Shown: positions 38,701-53,000 of the stretch, piece after piece
Layout of the letters: every line of letters starts with the position of its first letter
Numbering within the stretch: position 1 is the stretch's first letter
Assembly: GCA_021613535.1 (NCBI GenBank)
Contig: CP075494.1
Coordinates: forward strand, 7,750,001-7,814,000
DNA length: 64,000 nt
Origin: Adineta vaga
Taxonomy: Eukaryota > Animalia > Rotifera
Direction of reading: 5' to 3'
The notes under the pieces: model-generated
The model's database searches: none
The model's input: only the letters and a program-made list of their open reading frames with translations
What the model was told of the DNA's origin: nothing
Position numbers and translations under genes: made by a program

Positions 38701-41700
38701 AAAATCTTCGGCTTCCTGATTTGAAAAAACAAAAAGATCATATGAGAAGAAAGATAAAAGAAATCATACATATTTATTGATGAATATTTTCACTTGTGTG
38801 TAAGAATTTTGTCGTAGTTGTTGCCATAAATTATTATAATTGAGACATTTAAATTCAACAGCAATGGAAAAATCCTGAAAGATAAATAGAATTTAAATCA
38901 ATAGTTTATTGATAGATACTTACATCAATCAAAGTTTTAGCTAAATGACAAACGCGTGTAACTCGTTGTTTGATTGTATCGAACTCGCGACGAAATTCAC
39001 GTGTACTGGAGATTATATCATTTCTATATGTGATAAGAAAACGTTCGAAAGAATAATAAGTTTTCTAGGCATATCAAATGTAGTTTTTACTTCTTTTGAT
39101 CGGAAAATGATGAAGTTGCATCGCTTAGTGTTGATTCGCAATGAGTTAAATCAGGTGGAACACTTGCCGATGTATGAAGTATTGGTAGTTTGATTGATTC
39201 ACAAACAACACTATGAAATAGGATAACATTTATTTGTCTGACCGATTGAAAAAAAAACTATCTTTTTCTAGTACGACTTCTTATGTACTTTTAAAGAAAT
39301 GAAATACATAGTACTATCGAAAACTTCTTTCTATTTGAAAATTTTCATAGATATCATCTTACTCAGCGGAATAACATCCATCATTCATATTCGATGCTTC
39401 ACCCATATCAATTGCGAAAACTTGGTAATATTTTTCAGTTTTGCCATTTAATATTTCTCTCAATTGATCAAAAATTCTTTGTGTCAATGCACTAAAAGAG
39501 AATTTGGAAAAAAATGTATATGCTTTCTTTTTTTGATCGAATATTTTCTACCAAAAATCTAAACATAAATCACGAATTTCTGTTCGATTTTCCAATGTTA
39601 CTGTTAAATCTCGAGAAAAATAATATTCTTTGATTAATTCAGATGTTTCTTCATCAACAAAATGATACTGTATAAGATTTCCTTCATTATTCGGACTCAT
39701 ATCTTCATCTTCTTGAGCACCAAATGTTCTATTGATACAAACTGTACTCAAACATTGTTTATAATGCTAAAAAGATAATCGCATTAGAAAATTTTATTGA
39801 AAGAAAAGATATTAGAAACATACTGTATAAAGTTTATTTGTATTTTCATCGAATTCGGTCAATTCAGCGATTAATAAACGATGAGAAACAAAATGTTCCA
39901 TCATTCGAATACTATACAAACGAGTAGCTAATGCATCTCTAAAGATAGAGTTGTTAGATCGTTGTAGATTTCGTTTCAATGAATAACAAACCTTAAAATT
40001 AATTTTGCTTCACGTACAAGCTAGAAAGAAAAGATGTATATATGCATAGAATTAATCCATCGATCTTTACTTGTTGTCGACAAAGTGAATCAATTTCAAC
40101 TGCATCACTATTAATCGGTGGTTTGTCATAGAGTCTTAAGCATTCATTCATGACGTCCAATAAAACATTATTAATGAAGAAATATAAAGGTAGCAATGAT
40201 GGTAAACCTAATTGTTGATGTAATTCAAGCCAATTATGTTTGAAAATGTCATCCGTATGTGAAATGATAGTTTTGATTGTTGGACAAGCTTTTAATACAT
40301 GAATAAGCCATTTTTCAATGGTTAATTCTCTCATATTTATATCAGTTGTTGAATTTTCAATAGTTGGATTATCTGTATCAACAAGTTTATCTTCTGTTTC
40401 GTCATTATTACATTGAATATTCACTTTTGATGATGGAACATCAGATGATAAAAAACCAACAATAGTTTGTCCGATCTTTGCTTTTTGTTGATCTGTCTTT
40501 TGCAATAAAGCTAAACGGGTTTTGATTAGAACTGGTGCAACACGTTCGATTAATGTTCGTGCTAATCCGTCATATTTGACTAGATAAGAACGTTCGTCCA
40601 TGTAATCCACAAAATTTCTAAATTGATGAAAAGATTTTAGTATAGAAAACAAAGTGAATAGGTTTTTTGTATGTACTGATAGCAAGCATTACGAGTTAAT
40701 TTACTAATCGGCGGATTTGCTGTATTAGAAGTTGATTCATCTGAAACAATACGAAAATATTACGAGAAGAAGTAATGTTCGATGAAAGTAATTACCTTCG
40801 AGATGAGAGGAATGATCAGATGGTTGTTCAGGCCAATAATTCTAAAATATAAAGAAGAAATCAATAGATCGAACACTCGATTAACTATTGTATTTTTGTA
40901 TAACTTTGCTAGAAATTCGTTTTAAGTTTCGAAAGATTTCATCTGTGCAGACAAATCAATTGATATGTATTTACTGTTATGAGTACTATTACGTTAATTC
41001 TTCTAAACAAGATCCAATCGATCAATAATTTCAACTACATATATATATATATATGATGAGCTTTTCTTCAAAACTCTATACATACTTTAGGTAACATATC
41101 ACTATCTCCACTATGTTCAGATTCACATTCGCTTCCAATTTCTTCATCAACATCATCATCATCATCATCAGATTCTTCACTTGTTGTGATAAAATCAGCA
41201 CTATTCTCATCTCCCCGTTTAGCTTTTCGTTCACGGCTTGTTGCTATCGAACGCACATGTAATTTTGGCCAATCATCACAATCATCACAACGTAATATAC
41301 CACTCAATTTCTTAACTGCTATCGTTAATTCATAATAAAGATTAAACCAAACAAAAAGTGCATCAAGTCGTTGATGAAATATTGCTAAGGATTGATCTGT
41401 TTGATCGTTATTGATATGATTCAAACAAAAGAATGTACATTGTTCATCGGCTAGATCGAATATCTTTTTCAAATCATACTCTGTTTGTTTACAATCACGA
41501 ATATAATCTGGAGATAAGGTACGAAAAAATCGTAATGGATGATCAAGAAATGAACGATGCTCAGGACTTATAACTTCACTTTTCGATTCAACACTAATAA
41601 AACGAGTTAATGATGGTGATGACGTATTTGATGATTCATTACTTGCAACATGACCATCTAAATAAAACAGAAAATGAAAAGTACTGATAAATCATTTATC

Positions 41701-44051
41701 TCAATCTTCTTTAAGAACATTTCGAAGTATAAAAATTGATATAACTTACCTTTACTGTGATCATCTTTATCGTCATCATCATCATCATGTCGATTGACTA
41801 CATGTAACGTATCATTATTAGTAATTGATAATTCTTTTACACTATCAGTTAAGAAAGCATAATGATGCGAACGATTCATTTGAAAATTAATAATTAAATC
41901 AATGAAAGTTTTCATTTCTGTGTTTGAATATCGTTGATTTATTGATGTTTGTTGAGATTGTTCGTATAGACGTGCTTGAATAAAATCACGCATTGATATA
42001 TTTTGTGATGAAAATGACATATTCGCTTGAAATGAACTATTTGAAAGGAATCTTAAATGTTCACTGAGAACATTTTCTATTTGACGAGTTGAAGACAATT
42101 TGGATTCTTGTTCTGGAGGTGGAGTATTTGGTTGATCAGATTTATTGAATAAATTTTTATGATCACGTGTATTTGTTGGTAAACTATTTGGATAACGACG
42201 ATGGGATGGACGTTTTCGTGGACTGGATAGTGTAATAGTTCGTGGTGTTGATTTGAAATTAGTAACAGAATTCGTTGCACTGGAATCGGAATGAACACTA
42301 CGAACGGATGTATAACTTTGAGTCATTGGATCGATGTAGGACATTTGTGGCATTAAAATATTGGATTTACTGTCGAGACGTTGAGATGTTTTTGATGAAG
42401 TTTCTGGTTCATTTTTTGAAGTAGTATTCAATGTATTATTCGAACGAAATGATGAACAAAACTAAAAAGAAATTTACGATTATTTAACAGAGATAATTTC
42501 TAGTAAACTTACCTCAGCAAACGAATTCGTGGTCGATTTTTGTTGTATTTGTTTCGGAGTTGGTAATGTTCGATGTCCATATTCATGTCGAGCGGAGATG
42601 ATTGCTTTTTTTTCTAATAACCACATTAATTGTTTGAGAACATTTCGTCGTTTATCAATAGGACCCTTTCGTGTATCTTTATCGACTTTTAGATTCTTCA
42701 TTTTGATATTGAAAACATCCATTTCATCATCACTGGAAGATAAACTTTGAGTACTTGGTGTTTCGTCCGAACTAGTTGAAACAGAACACGTACGTTGTTG
42801 ATGATGAAATACTACTTTTCGATGAATTGAAGTATCTTCATCGATACTCAATGATTGAAATTGTTCAGATGGAGTTGTTTCTAAATTTGTTGACTCAATT
42901 CCACTTCGGCCTGATGCATCGGAAATAATCGATTGATTTCGATCTGATGAAATAACGGAAGATGAAGAAGGTACCGGAAGAAAACGATTATTTTTCGAAT
43001 GAATTAAACAACTTCCCTGGGAAGATGTATTTGTATTTGATGGAGATAGAAAAACATTGTCAGATAGACTCGATGGTTGTCGACTTGTATTACTACCAGA
43101 TTGAAAAGCACCATTAGGCATCGAAAGAGCTGTTTGAAATTGTTTACGAAGAATTTGAGCATGTAATGATGGCGGTGGTGTATTAACAATGGAAGATTGG
43201 GAACGTTGAAATAGCGGTGGTTTTGATTTATTTGCATTCCAAGAAATACGTCGTCGTCGATGAGGTATTGTTGGTTTTAAATGTGTATCGAATGAAATGG
43301 AAGCATGAAATGAAACATTTGGCGTTTTCTTTGGATTTGCTCGAGTTGTTGGGGATCGACCTTCAAATTGGATTTGTTCTTCTTTTGCAATTAAAATCGG
43401 TTCAGGTTTCTTATCTATTTCAGAATCTTCTGATTCTGGTATAGGTAGAAATTTCATTGACATATCTTCTCCATCATTGTCATTATCATCATCAGCATTA
43501 ACTGAAGGATTCATTTCATCGTTATCTTTACAAAACGGTTGATCATTGTTTGGCATTGATGAACTACGTTGCAATTCACTAGAAAATGAAATCTGTTGAG
43601 AAGAATTAAAATCTAAATTGATCGATTGCTGTTGATCACATATGGTCGAAACATTCGAACCTCGTCGACTACGAATAGTACCTGGTTCAATTAATGTTAA
43701 TGGTAAAGATGGTGAACGTTCAAGTGTTGATAGTGATGTTTCTGTTGTTGAAGATTCAAGCCATGCTGCAACTGATCGATTATCAGTATGAACATTTGAT
43801 GATAATGATGATGATGGTAATGAGATAGTTGGGGACGAAATATCACCAACTAAAGATATTGATACAGGGGATTCAGATACTGCAGATTGTGAGACATCTG
43901 GATTCATTGTTTGAAGTATATTTTCTTCGTCATCATCAACAGGCTTAAACGGTGGTATCGATGTCATAATCGTTAAAGGATTTATTTGAACTTCAGATAT
44001 AGTTGGAGTATCCTCAGCCGAAGATTTTTCTTCATCAGCATTCAAATCCAT
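35793..44051 (-). CDS. MAP3K4: MAP kinase kinase kinase 4 (MEKK4)-like, divergent kinase domain; exact 3' end uncertain (about 35771-35848)
   Basis: MEKK4 N-terminal motifs (FHQRLDALFVWFNLYYEL; LGLPSLLPLYFFINNVLLDVMNECLRL; PKWAAPGLVFLRF). C-terminal STE11-type kinase (WRRGTRIGQGGAG, HPNIVRYFGIE, HCDVKGDNIF, KLGDFN, DIWALGCTIIEMLTGK|LPW). Long Ser-rich N-terminus. Confidence 0.82.
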
Positions 44052-45669
44052 CTAGAGAGATATTTATTTTTATTATTTCAAAAATAAAACAACATTCATT
44101 TTTTAACTCTTTATTTCAAATTTCTAAAACTTTACAAATATTGAATAAAAATGAAACGGTATGAATGTTAACCACATGAATCGATTCGTTAAGATAAAAA
44201 TCATTGATTCCATTCCATATGTATGCTAAAATAAATCATATATATGTTAAATAATGTATTTTTCTTCTCTTCTTTTTTCAGTACTTACGTACTCTAAATT
44301 TTTAATAATACGATTAAAAATTAACAATTATTCGTCTCGAAATTTGTAAACATGTTTGTGTATCATCACTAAATAAAAATAGAAACCTGCTAGATAATAA
44401 GTACACGGTCGGACAGATCAATTTAAATGCGGATGTTATGACAAACTTTCATGTCATTCTCTATTTAAAATCTAATTAGTTTCCCAACGTTTCTCTCAAC
44501 CAAGATTATTAACATAATTTTTCGCATTTTCATTTAACAGAAATATGTAAACACTTCGTTCGTTTCATACCAATCTTACTCGTTAACAGAACGAATCAAA
44601 CACAAGCATATTCATTGCTCTGGATCGTAGATATTGAATGTTTAAAATTTCTATAAAACAGCAAACATGTGTAATAATATATGCATGTAAATCATGTTTT
44701 AACCTGTTACTCGATCCTCTAAACCCATAAGAGTATATCAACACGATCATTGTAAACTTTTTATGACGCTCTGATCCATTTCTAAAATGTATACATCTAA
44801 CAATAACTATTCTAGATATACCAATTTACAAACCTTGTCATCAAAGCAGATGTAAACTTCTATTCCATCTTATTGAAAATAATGTATAAATCTTCATATT
44901 ACTTATTTATTTATTAACTGAAGAGTAACTTTCAATTATCCTTGAGTAATGTACCATTTGAATATAAACTCAATGACCAGTTTCGAATAACATTGTAAGC
45001 CCCTTTTTTTGTCAACATTTATCAGCTATATTCAGCTGTATGAATCAACGAGGTATAAAACAGAACAGTCAGGTGTAATAATGAAAACTGCCAATCGAAA
45101 AAATATTAACTCTTTATTTATTGATATATTAACGTTGACGATGGCGACCTCCTATGAAACAAGTACAAAGTATGATTGGTTTGTCTCTTTAGTATAGTAG
45201 AAAAAAAAATTTTGTTTTATGAGAAAAAGAAATAATATCATGGAAATAATATAATCTGAGGACAAATTCGTCTCATTTGTTCGATTACAAAAATTCAAAA
45301 GAAGAAAAACTCAAATGATAATTTAAATGCATGTCATGCGCTTCCTTTCATATATATGTTTAGAAATCTTCTCTACATGTCGTGCACTAATTCATTAATC
45401 CAGAAGAAATATTTCCTAAAGCATTTTACGATATATTATACATATGACAGATTGATTGATAATGAAAATCAAATCTACATAAAGAAGATTATCGAATGAA
45501 CATTCCAACGTTTTCTCGTTCATATATATATATTCAATACAAGGTGTTAATGTATAGTTCTTTTTATCATTTCAAAACATGCGTGAGAATTTTCATCAAT
45601 GATGGTGACAACTTTTTTCATTCTCTCTATATCTGTTCTTCGTCATCCTATAATTTATATTTCATTTAT

Positions 45670-45694
45670 TCTCTCTCTCTCTCTCTCTCTCTCT
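45670..45694. repeat. (CT)n microsatellite
   Basis: Read directly from the sequence. Confidence 0.9.
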
Positions 45695-46131
45695 TCTTTT
45701 TTGATTCGTTTCGATTGATGCACACACTCAAGACGAAAATGAGATATGTCTAATGTCTTTCGAACAATAGTCGTACATCTTCGTTATGCTTCAATGCGTT
45801 TGTTGAATGTGTGCGAACGAAAACGAAGATAGAAGCGGACATTTATATGATGGTGTAGGTTAAAGGTAGTCGTCGTTTGTGTCTTGTCTTTGTTTTTTTT
45901 ATAAACATCGTTTCGATCACCACTCTTGAAGAGAATCGGACTTGCAAGCAAAATCGATTCGAATATGTTCATTCTCTTCTAAGTGGCCCTCGTACGGTGT
46001 CAATCATCATTATCACAAGAAATACGACACATCTGGCAGATTTTCTCATGAAAAATAATCAGGTTTTTTTAAAATGAAGAAAAACAAGTGGGCTTTAGTT
46101 TGAATTTCTTTATTGACTAGTTGAGAAAAAA

Positions 46132-46670
46132 ATGCATACGATTTTGAATATTGTTATTTTTACTTTACTTGTAAATCTAAGTGTTTTACAAGTTCAAGGT
46201 AAAACAACTGATTATTTAGCGAAATTTTTTCAAACAAAAGATCCTGCTGATTTACATGAAGAAGCAAAAAAATTTCTCTTACTTTGGACTAATCAACAAC
46301 GCTCAACTACGGAAGGGTAACGATTCATTAAATCGAACCTATTCTTATTTGAAAATTTTTTTTTTCAAAGACACTGGTGTTGTGCAATAACTCCACCATC
46401 AATCCCCGTTTTTTCCAATACTGGTCATCTTTTACAGTAAGAAATCCAAAGAATTCCTTAGATTCTTTTAATTGAATGTTTAGTTATCAACCTCAACCGT
46501 GTCCTGATACACATATGGTTTGCTGCAAGGGATATATTAACATCCAAGGTCAATGTTTTTCTTTCGATGAAATCAAAGATATTCTTCCTGCTTGGCAAAC
46601 ACTTTTTGCTACATTCGGTTCATCGATGACAACTGAACAGATTCTTAATGCTGTTCATCAAATGGGTTAA
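46132..46670 (+). CDS. Small secreted Cys-rich protein (~145 aa, 3 exons), EMI-like CCxGY motif, function unknown
   Basis: Exons 46132-46316, 46371-46436 and 46484-46670 join in frame through GT-AG introns. Hydrophobic signal peptide, HWCC...QPC...VCCKGY...QC, and AATAAA at 46716. Confidence 0.8.
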
Positions 46671-46771
46671 ATGAGAGAAGGAAAAAAAAGTGTCAAGATT
46701 CTTTCTTTTAAATTGAATAAAATCGCATAAAAAACATTGGAACATGAACTTGTTTTTCATCTTTATTTTGT

Positions 46772-47920
46772 TCAAAAATCTGGTTTGTGACTTACACGTC
46801 CTAATGATTGTGTTTGTTTTAAAAACAAACTTAATCTTTGTTCATCAACATCATCATGATGTGTATGACGGCTTGTTGCTGATTGTCGACGTGAATAATC
46901 CAAAAAATCAGATTTCTGTTGACGAGGAGGATGTCGATATTGACAAAGAAATTTATGAAATTCTTTTCGAAAGATCGGTCCACTTAATGTATAGACATAA
47001 AAGTGTGAAGCATGATTCAATTGATGTAAGAATATAAATATGATTGTACTTATCCATAATTGACAGATATATTCAATTTGGAATTGATGAGTAAAACCAG
47101 TACGAAGGAAATCATTAATTTCCGATGGTAATGATAAAATAATAAATAAGATCGATGTTAACAGAAGAAAACCAGTTAATTGTCGATCTTTTTCTTGTCG
47201 ACGACGTCGACGACGTGTTGATGCTGTTCGGGATAGAAAACCTTGTTTTCGTGTTAATCTTATAATTATACATATATTACAAACAAATATAATTAGAAAT
47301 GGTATTAGAACTGTTTTAATAATATCAATATAAGAATCATAATGATGAACATAGAAGTGTATGTATTCATTCGATGTTGGTAAACATGCACCTTGTTGAT
47401 CAACATGAAATCCATAGAGAAAATGACTATTAATTAAACTGAATACGAGAACAACCATTGCTATGAATAGTTTAGCAATAGATTTCCGACAAAAATGATA
47501 ATGTGCTGTTCGATATGATACTAAAACACAACGATCAATGGCAGCTAATGTTAACAAATAATTTGATATATCAGTTGAAGCATAAATAAGAAAGATAACA
47601 AGTTTACACATGTATGTATTGGATAAAAGTTGAATACCATAACCATAAAAAAGAAGATTTTCGACTGTATAACCGATTAAAACACAAATATCACTGACAC
47701 TTAAAGCAAGAAAATACATCGAACATGAACGAGAACGAAGTACTTTTCGACTAAAGACAATAATTGATAGACAATTTCCAATTAAACCAAGTATAACAGT
47801 TAATGTACCAGCATAACGAAGAAATGAAGCGATATCAAAGAGACATTGTGTTGTATAATTTGTTGAACTATTTCTTCCTAGATACATTATTAATGTTGTT
47901 GACCAATTTGATGCTGCCAT
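46772..47920 (-). CDS. Class A GPCR with intronless CDS, peptide-receptor-like (FMRFamide-receptor superfamily style)
   Basis: 382 aa ORF: GLIGNCLSIIVF, YFLALSVSD, CKL, AAIDRC, LIPFLII, LSLP, NHASHFYVYTLSGPIFRKEF. Confidence 0.88.
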   Translation of the reverse strand: MAASNWSTTLIMYLGRNSSTNYTTQCLFDIASFLRYAGTLTVILGLIGNCLSIIVFSRKVLRSRSCSMYFLALSVSDICVLIGYTVENLLFYGYGIQLLSNTYMCKLVIFLIYASTDISNYLLTLAAIDRCVLVSYRTAHYHFCRKSIAKLFIAMVVLVFSLINSHFLYGFHVDQQGACLPTSNEYIHFYVHHYDSYIDIIKTVLIPFLIIFVCNICIIIRLTRKQGFLSRTASTRRRRRRQEKDRQLTGFLLLTSILFIILSLPSEINDFLRTGFTHQFQIEYICQLWISTIIFIFLHQLNHASHFYVYTLSGPIFRKEFHKFLCQYRHPPRQQKSDFLDYSRRQSATSRHTHHDDVDEQRLSLFLKQTQSLGRVSHKPDF

Positions 47921-48604
47921 TTGTGTTTGATGAGATGCCGGTTTTGAGTGATCTTATATTCTAAAACAAGAAAACGTTCTTTCTTTCTTTACTGATGCTG
48001 AAGTAGACAAGAAATTAATTTCTTCCTTTAGGAACTTTGACATAACATCAGGATTATCTTATAAACAACATCGGATTTATTTACCATATTAGTTTATGAC
48101 ATTCATTATATGTTATGTTTCATATCTCTCCGTCTGTCCACTGAAAGATAATACAGAAAAATATGATTGAAAAGTGAAATAAATCATAACTATAGATTCA
48201 TTGATTCTGTGAATAGAATAATTCATAGAAATCAATAAAACATAACAAAAAAAAAACAAGAATGAACTATAGTAATCATATTCTACATCGAAAGTTCATG
48301 TTCATTCGAGAATAAATTCATATTATTTCTTACTTGAAATCGAGTAACAATCTCGTAGGAAATTGTTTGAAATGAGTACTAAGAAGAAAAGAAAAACAAT
48401 GACAATGAGTTTTACTTCAACATAGACTTAGTTAATAATATAAATGTAATTTTCATAATCAAAGTATCTTGCAGAAAATGTTAGTGTCTTTGATCTATAT
48501 ATGACGATTGTGTGACAGAATGATGAATATCTTTTAACTATTTCATCGTAATGATACAATATAAATGAAGTTAATTCTATTCTTACTTCGAGCAGATACA
48601 TGCA

Positions 48605-48628
48605 AGAAGAAGAAGAAGAAGAAGAAGA
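48605..48628. repeat. (GAA)n microsatellite
   Basis: Read directly from the sequence. Confidence 0.9.
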
Positions 48629-49877
48629 ATTTCTTTTCTTAACGCATCGCGATGCAAAGGAAAGAACACTAATGAATGTTAGAATAACTATCTACGATAG
48701 TTTCTTTTTTTCTTTCTCTTCCTTAACCTAGTTTCTCTACTTCGTATTTATCATGTGAATAATTCAATATTTCAAATCTTACATTGAATTTTTCAATCAC
48801 ACGAGAACATACATTACTATTCATAATTATTTTCTATATACCTTCGATACTATCAAAGATATGCATAGTTATTTTCTTTTACTACTCGTTTTTATTAGAA
48901 TATTACAGAAAAACAAACAAAGAAATCATCAGAAGTCACTTAGTATGATGATTCATTCGTTGTATAGAAATTTGACGTTTATTATCCTTATACAAAAATG
49001 TTTTCGCCGTAAAAGACAATCAAGACAATAGTTTGACGTATAGATTTATTCAATCATAGATATGAGCAGATGGTAACTTGATTAACGAAGAAGAAGAAAA
49101 AGAAGAAGTTCATCGTGATGAAAAATACTCTGACAATTGAATTGTAAATTATTGTCCCACATATCGATCTTATTTAGTTCTGCTGATAAAATAATATTAT
49201 TATAGACATTATTACTATGTGCGTGCCTTACACATTAATATCAAGGGGCGAGAGAGTAAAGAAAAAGTTGAGATATTATATGGACCTTGAAAACGTAATT
49301 TCGTTTATAAATTGAATAAATATAAAAGGAAGAAGAAAGTGTAAATTAATGAACACTTTAAGTTCACTTTACTAGTAATTTACCTATACTTGAGATAAAT
49401 TTTGTTTGAACACGATCAAGTACTATACTTTTCTCTTTCGTTTCTTTAAATATAAATATATTCAATGGTCTTATACCAAATATTACAATCAGGTCTAGTT
49501 TATCAGACAGATAGACGTATGATTCTCTTTATTAACATAATAATACAATAAGGAAACAGTCGAGATAGAATTTATTAACACTCGACAATAATGAAATTCT
49601 ATCCACGTCAAATAAGACTAATAACATATCGGCTGTTTCTGTTAGATGTATTCGAAGAGATCGATCATGGCTTTGTATAAACATATGCTGTCTTGAAGGC
49701 GAGCTTTGATGGTTGATGGTATGTCACAAAGAGACGACTTATGAAATCTATCTTTCTTGAAATTCTATCGAAATACAAATTTCTCATAACAAAAAATGGA
49801 TTGAATATTTGGAACGCCATCTATTGAAATAATAGTTTAAAACAAATAGATTTGATTTTTTTTTATTTCTCTCACTT

Positions 49878-49903
49878 GCTCGCTCGCTCGCTCGCTCTCT
49901 CTC
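49878..49903. repeat. (GCTC)4-(CT)n tract just upstream of CEP89
   Basis: Read directly; a GC-rich spot in an AT-rich background about 130 nt before the ATG. Confidence 0.8.
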
Positions 49904-50033
49904 ACGTACTTGACAATTTCTATTAACAACAGAGAGAGTAATGGTAGTTACGTCAAAATGAGTCAATATTATAGACGTGTAGATATGTTCTTCTGTTTTT
50001 CTTTTCTTCTTTTGAAATCTCATCGATACAAGC

Positions 50034-53000
50034 ATGAAAACAAAAAGTGGAAGAAAAGAAACACCTGTAAGTATAAAATTCGTTTTTGTAAATTATGTCG
50101 TTTTTTTCTCAATGACAAATTTAATGGGATTTTTCAGAAACTTTATAATACCCATATCGCTTCGGCGATTATACCAGTAGCAAGTCTTGTTGCTGTTCCA
50201 TCAGCTGTCGGACAACATTTTCCACGACAAAATACCAATCCTCGTGAAGAATGGGGAACAGTAGCATCAACTCTCCTACGTGCTTCTATGACCAGTCAAA
50301 TGTTGATACCCTCATCAAATCTTAATTCTTTGCATGATGATGATGATGATGATGACAACGACAATGTTGATAATCGTAATTATCAAACTACAAAAAAGCA
50401 TTCAACTGTTGGACGAATGGATGCAAGTTCAGATGAAGATGACAGTGATAATGAAAACCAAAAAAGCCAAGAAACATCCGTACATCGAAGTGTAGGAATA
50501 ATCATCTATCTTGAATATATAAACATAAATATTTATCATAGAGTTCATCTCGAACAGCACCTTTATCTAATGTTGAAAAACGTCTCTTTGGTCATATTGA
50601 CAAAGATGAAGGTACTCGATTTGTCATACAGATTGAACTTTAATATACTGTAAAACTTTTGTATAGAACCACCAACTACTACAGCAGAGCTTGGTCTTAG
50701 TTCGACTATACATTTAGATAAAAAAAAGCAACCACAAAATGCTGAAGTATCACACTCATCAACAACAACAACAACGACTACCACTGCAAATCCCAAACGA
50801 GCAACCATTAATATCGTACGGCAACATGTACCCCCATTGATTTTAAATCCAGTAACAAGTCAAGCAGGTCCTTCATCGGCTAAAGCAAATAGCCCTACTT
50901 ATGTAAATTTATATCATTCTTAATACTATAGTTTAATCATATTTATTTAAGGTTAATGATGGTGAAGGTCCAGCTATAACAACTGAACGTTCATCTTTCA
51001 ATGATACGACAACAGTTCCGACGAGTGCTCGATCTGTTTCATTTAAAGAAGCAGTTATTCGTGATACATATGATCCATCATCATCGAAATCACAACAAAC
51101 GACTGTAGTTAATGCAAGAAATGGAGATTCGGTTTTAGATAGAATCGGTAAATTTCATATTTCATTCTATGAATATTTTATATTTCTATCAATAGTTATT
51201 CCACCACCGGAAGAATATCAACAGAATACGCATGAATTGGAAAAACGTCTTCAATTATTGAATAGTGAAAATCAACAATTAAGATTAACTAATCAAGTAA
51301 AACTAACATGTTGATTTCAATATTAATATTTCCTTTTTTGTAATACTGTAGAATCTCCAAAGACAACAAGAAGATGTATTAACTCGTTTACAATCGTCAC
51401 AAAAACTCTCTCAACGAGAATTAAATGATCTACTGAAACAAGCTGAACATAGTATTATTACAATCTCTTTTTCATCTTTCTGAATCAATCGCTTTCTTTT
51501 TACACATAGATCAAACCAAAGATCTAGAAAAGTTAAATAAAACATTACAAAATCGTTGTGATCAATTGCAAAATGAACTACTCTCATTAAAAGAACGATC
51601 TACTCAAGGTCAGTTGAAAAGAAAATATTTTCTTGTCTTTAATTATTCGATTACAGATCAAGGTCAATCAAGTGCACGAGAATTGAAGAATGAAAATCAC
51701 TTTCTTAAAGATTATGTTCATCGTTTGAGTGTTAAATTAAGTGAATATCAAACACTTTATCCAATGGATGCTTTAAAAAATGATGACAGTGTATGTAAAA
51801 CAAAACAAATTTATCTGGAAGATATTGATCAGATCAGAGAGTTTGTATAGGAGAAATAGGAGGAAAGAGTGATACTTGATAATCTCGAAGCAAAATTTCA
51901 AGTGCATAGTGAAGTATAGATGAAGTCGTGCTTTCTTCCTCTTGATATAAGAACTTGATGGTGACAACACAATGAAGCCCGACAGCAGTTCACATTTTTA
52001 CTTCTCAATTGGATAAACTATTCATCTATCATCGCATTGATGTTGTCCTAATCGTTGTAATCACTTTCGATCAGATATACTTTTGTATTAAGTTTCATCA
52101 GACAAAGTCGACAGAATTCTCTCGTCTAATAAGTATTACTTTCATAGACATGAATACATTCTAATGGTTTCTTTTATTTACTGAACTCTGAATGTTGATT
52201 ACCATAAGAAAATGAAGATTCTAGGAGTAATTAAACCAAATCGATGATCTTGTTTTATTTTTTGTTGTAGAAAGAACAACGCAAAATGCAAGGTTTACCT
52301 ATGAAAGGACCATCGCCCATTTGGCTTGTATGTTTCTTATTCACCTTCATTTTTCTTACTATGATTTGATTATTTAAGCTTAATCAAAAATTTCTTGCTC
52401 CACTATTTGTTTGTTATGATGAGAAACTTCATGAAAGAGAAGAATTCATTCGAAAACTTCAGGTAAATGAACTTCAACTTGAAGATTTTCCCACTAATCC
52501 TATCAACAATAGACTCAGCTGAATGATTTACATACTGAAATGAAACAAATAGCAAATGAAAATCTATCTTTACATGAACGTATTGCTCGTACATCATCCA
52601 CAGTCATCAATCAGAGTACAACGCATACAACTGATATGTAAGAAAAACGTTTTATTGAATAACGTTAAATGATAATTCTATATTTCGACTTTAGAGAAAA
52701 CATCAAACGTCATGCTTATCTTGTCTTAGAAGAAAATAAAGTCCTTCAAGAACAATTACATTTGCAAACAAATCGTTTAACTGATGTTCAAAAAGCTCAA
52801 ATTCAAGAAGGTGAAATACGTTTTTCTTTCAATTAGAGAAAAGATTTGTACCTTTATTGAATTTAGTTTCAAATCTAACACGTCGATTGATGATTGTTGA
52901 AAGTGAAAAAACCGAAGGAGATCGAACACTAGAAATGATTCGAATTAAAAATGAAGAATTAAGAAAAAAATATGAAGAATTAATTATCGAAAATGATCAT

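Noticed and set aside
44402-44425. TA-CACGGTCGGACAGA looks like a Tc1/mariner terminal repeat; a similar TACATAGGGTG occurs near 63224
   Set aside because: No matching inverted partner at a plausible distance and no transposase ORF.
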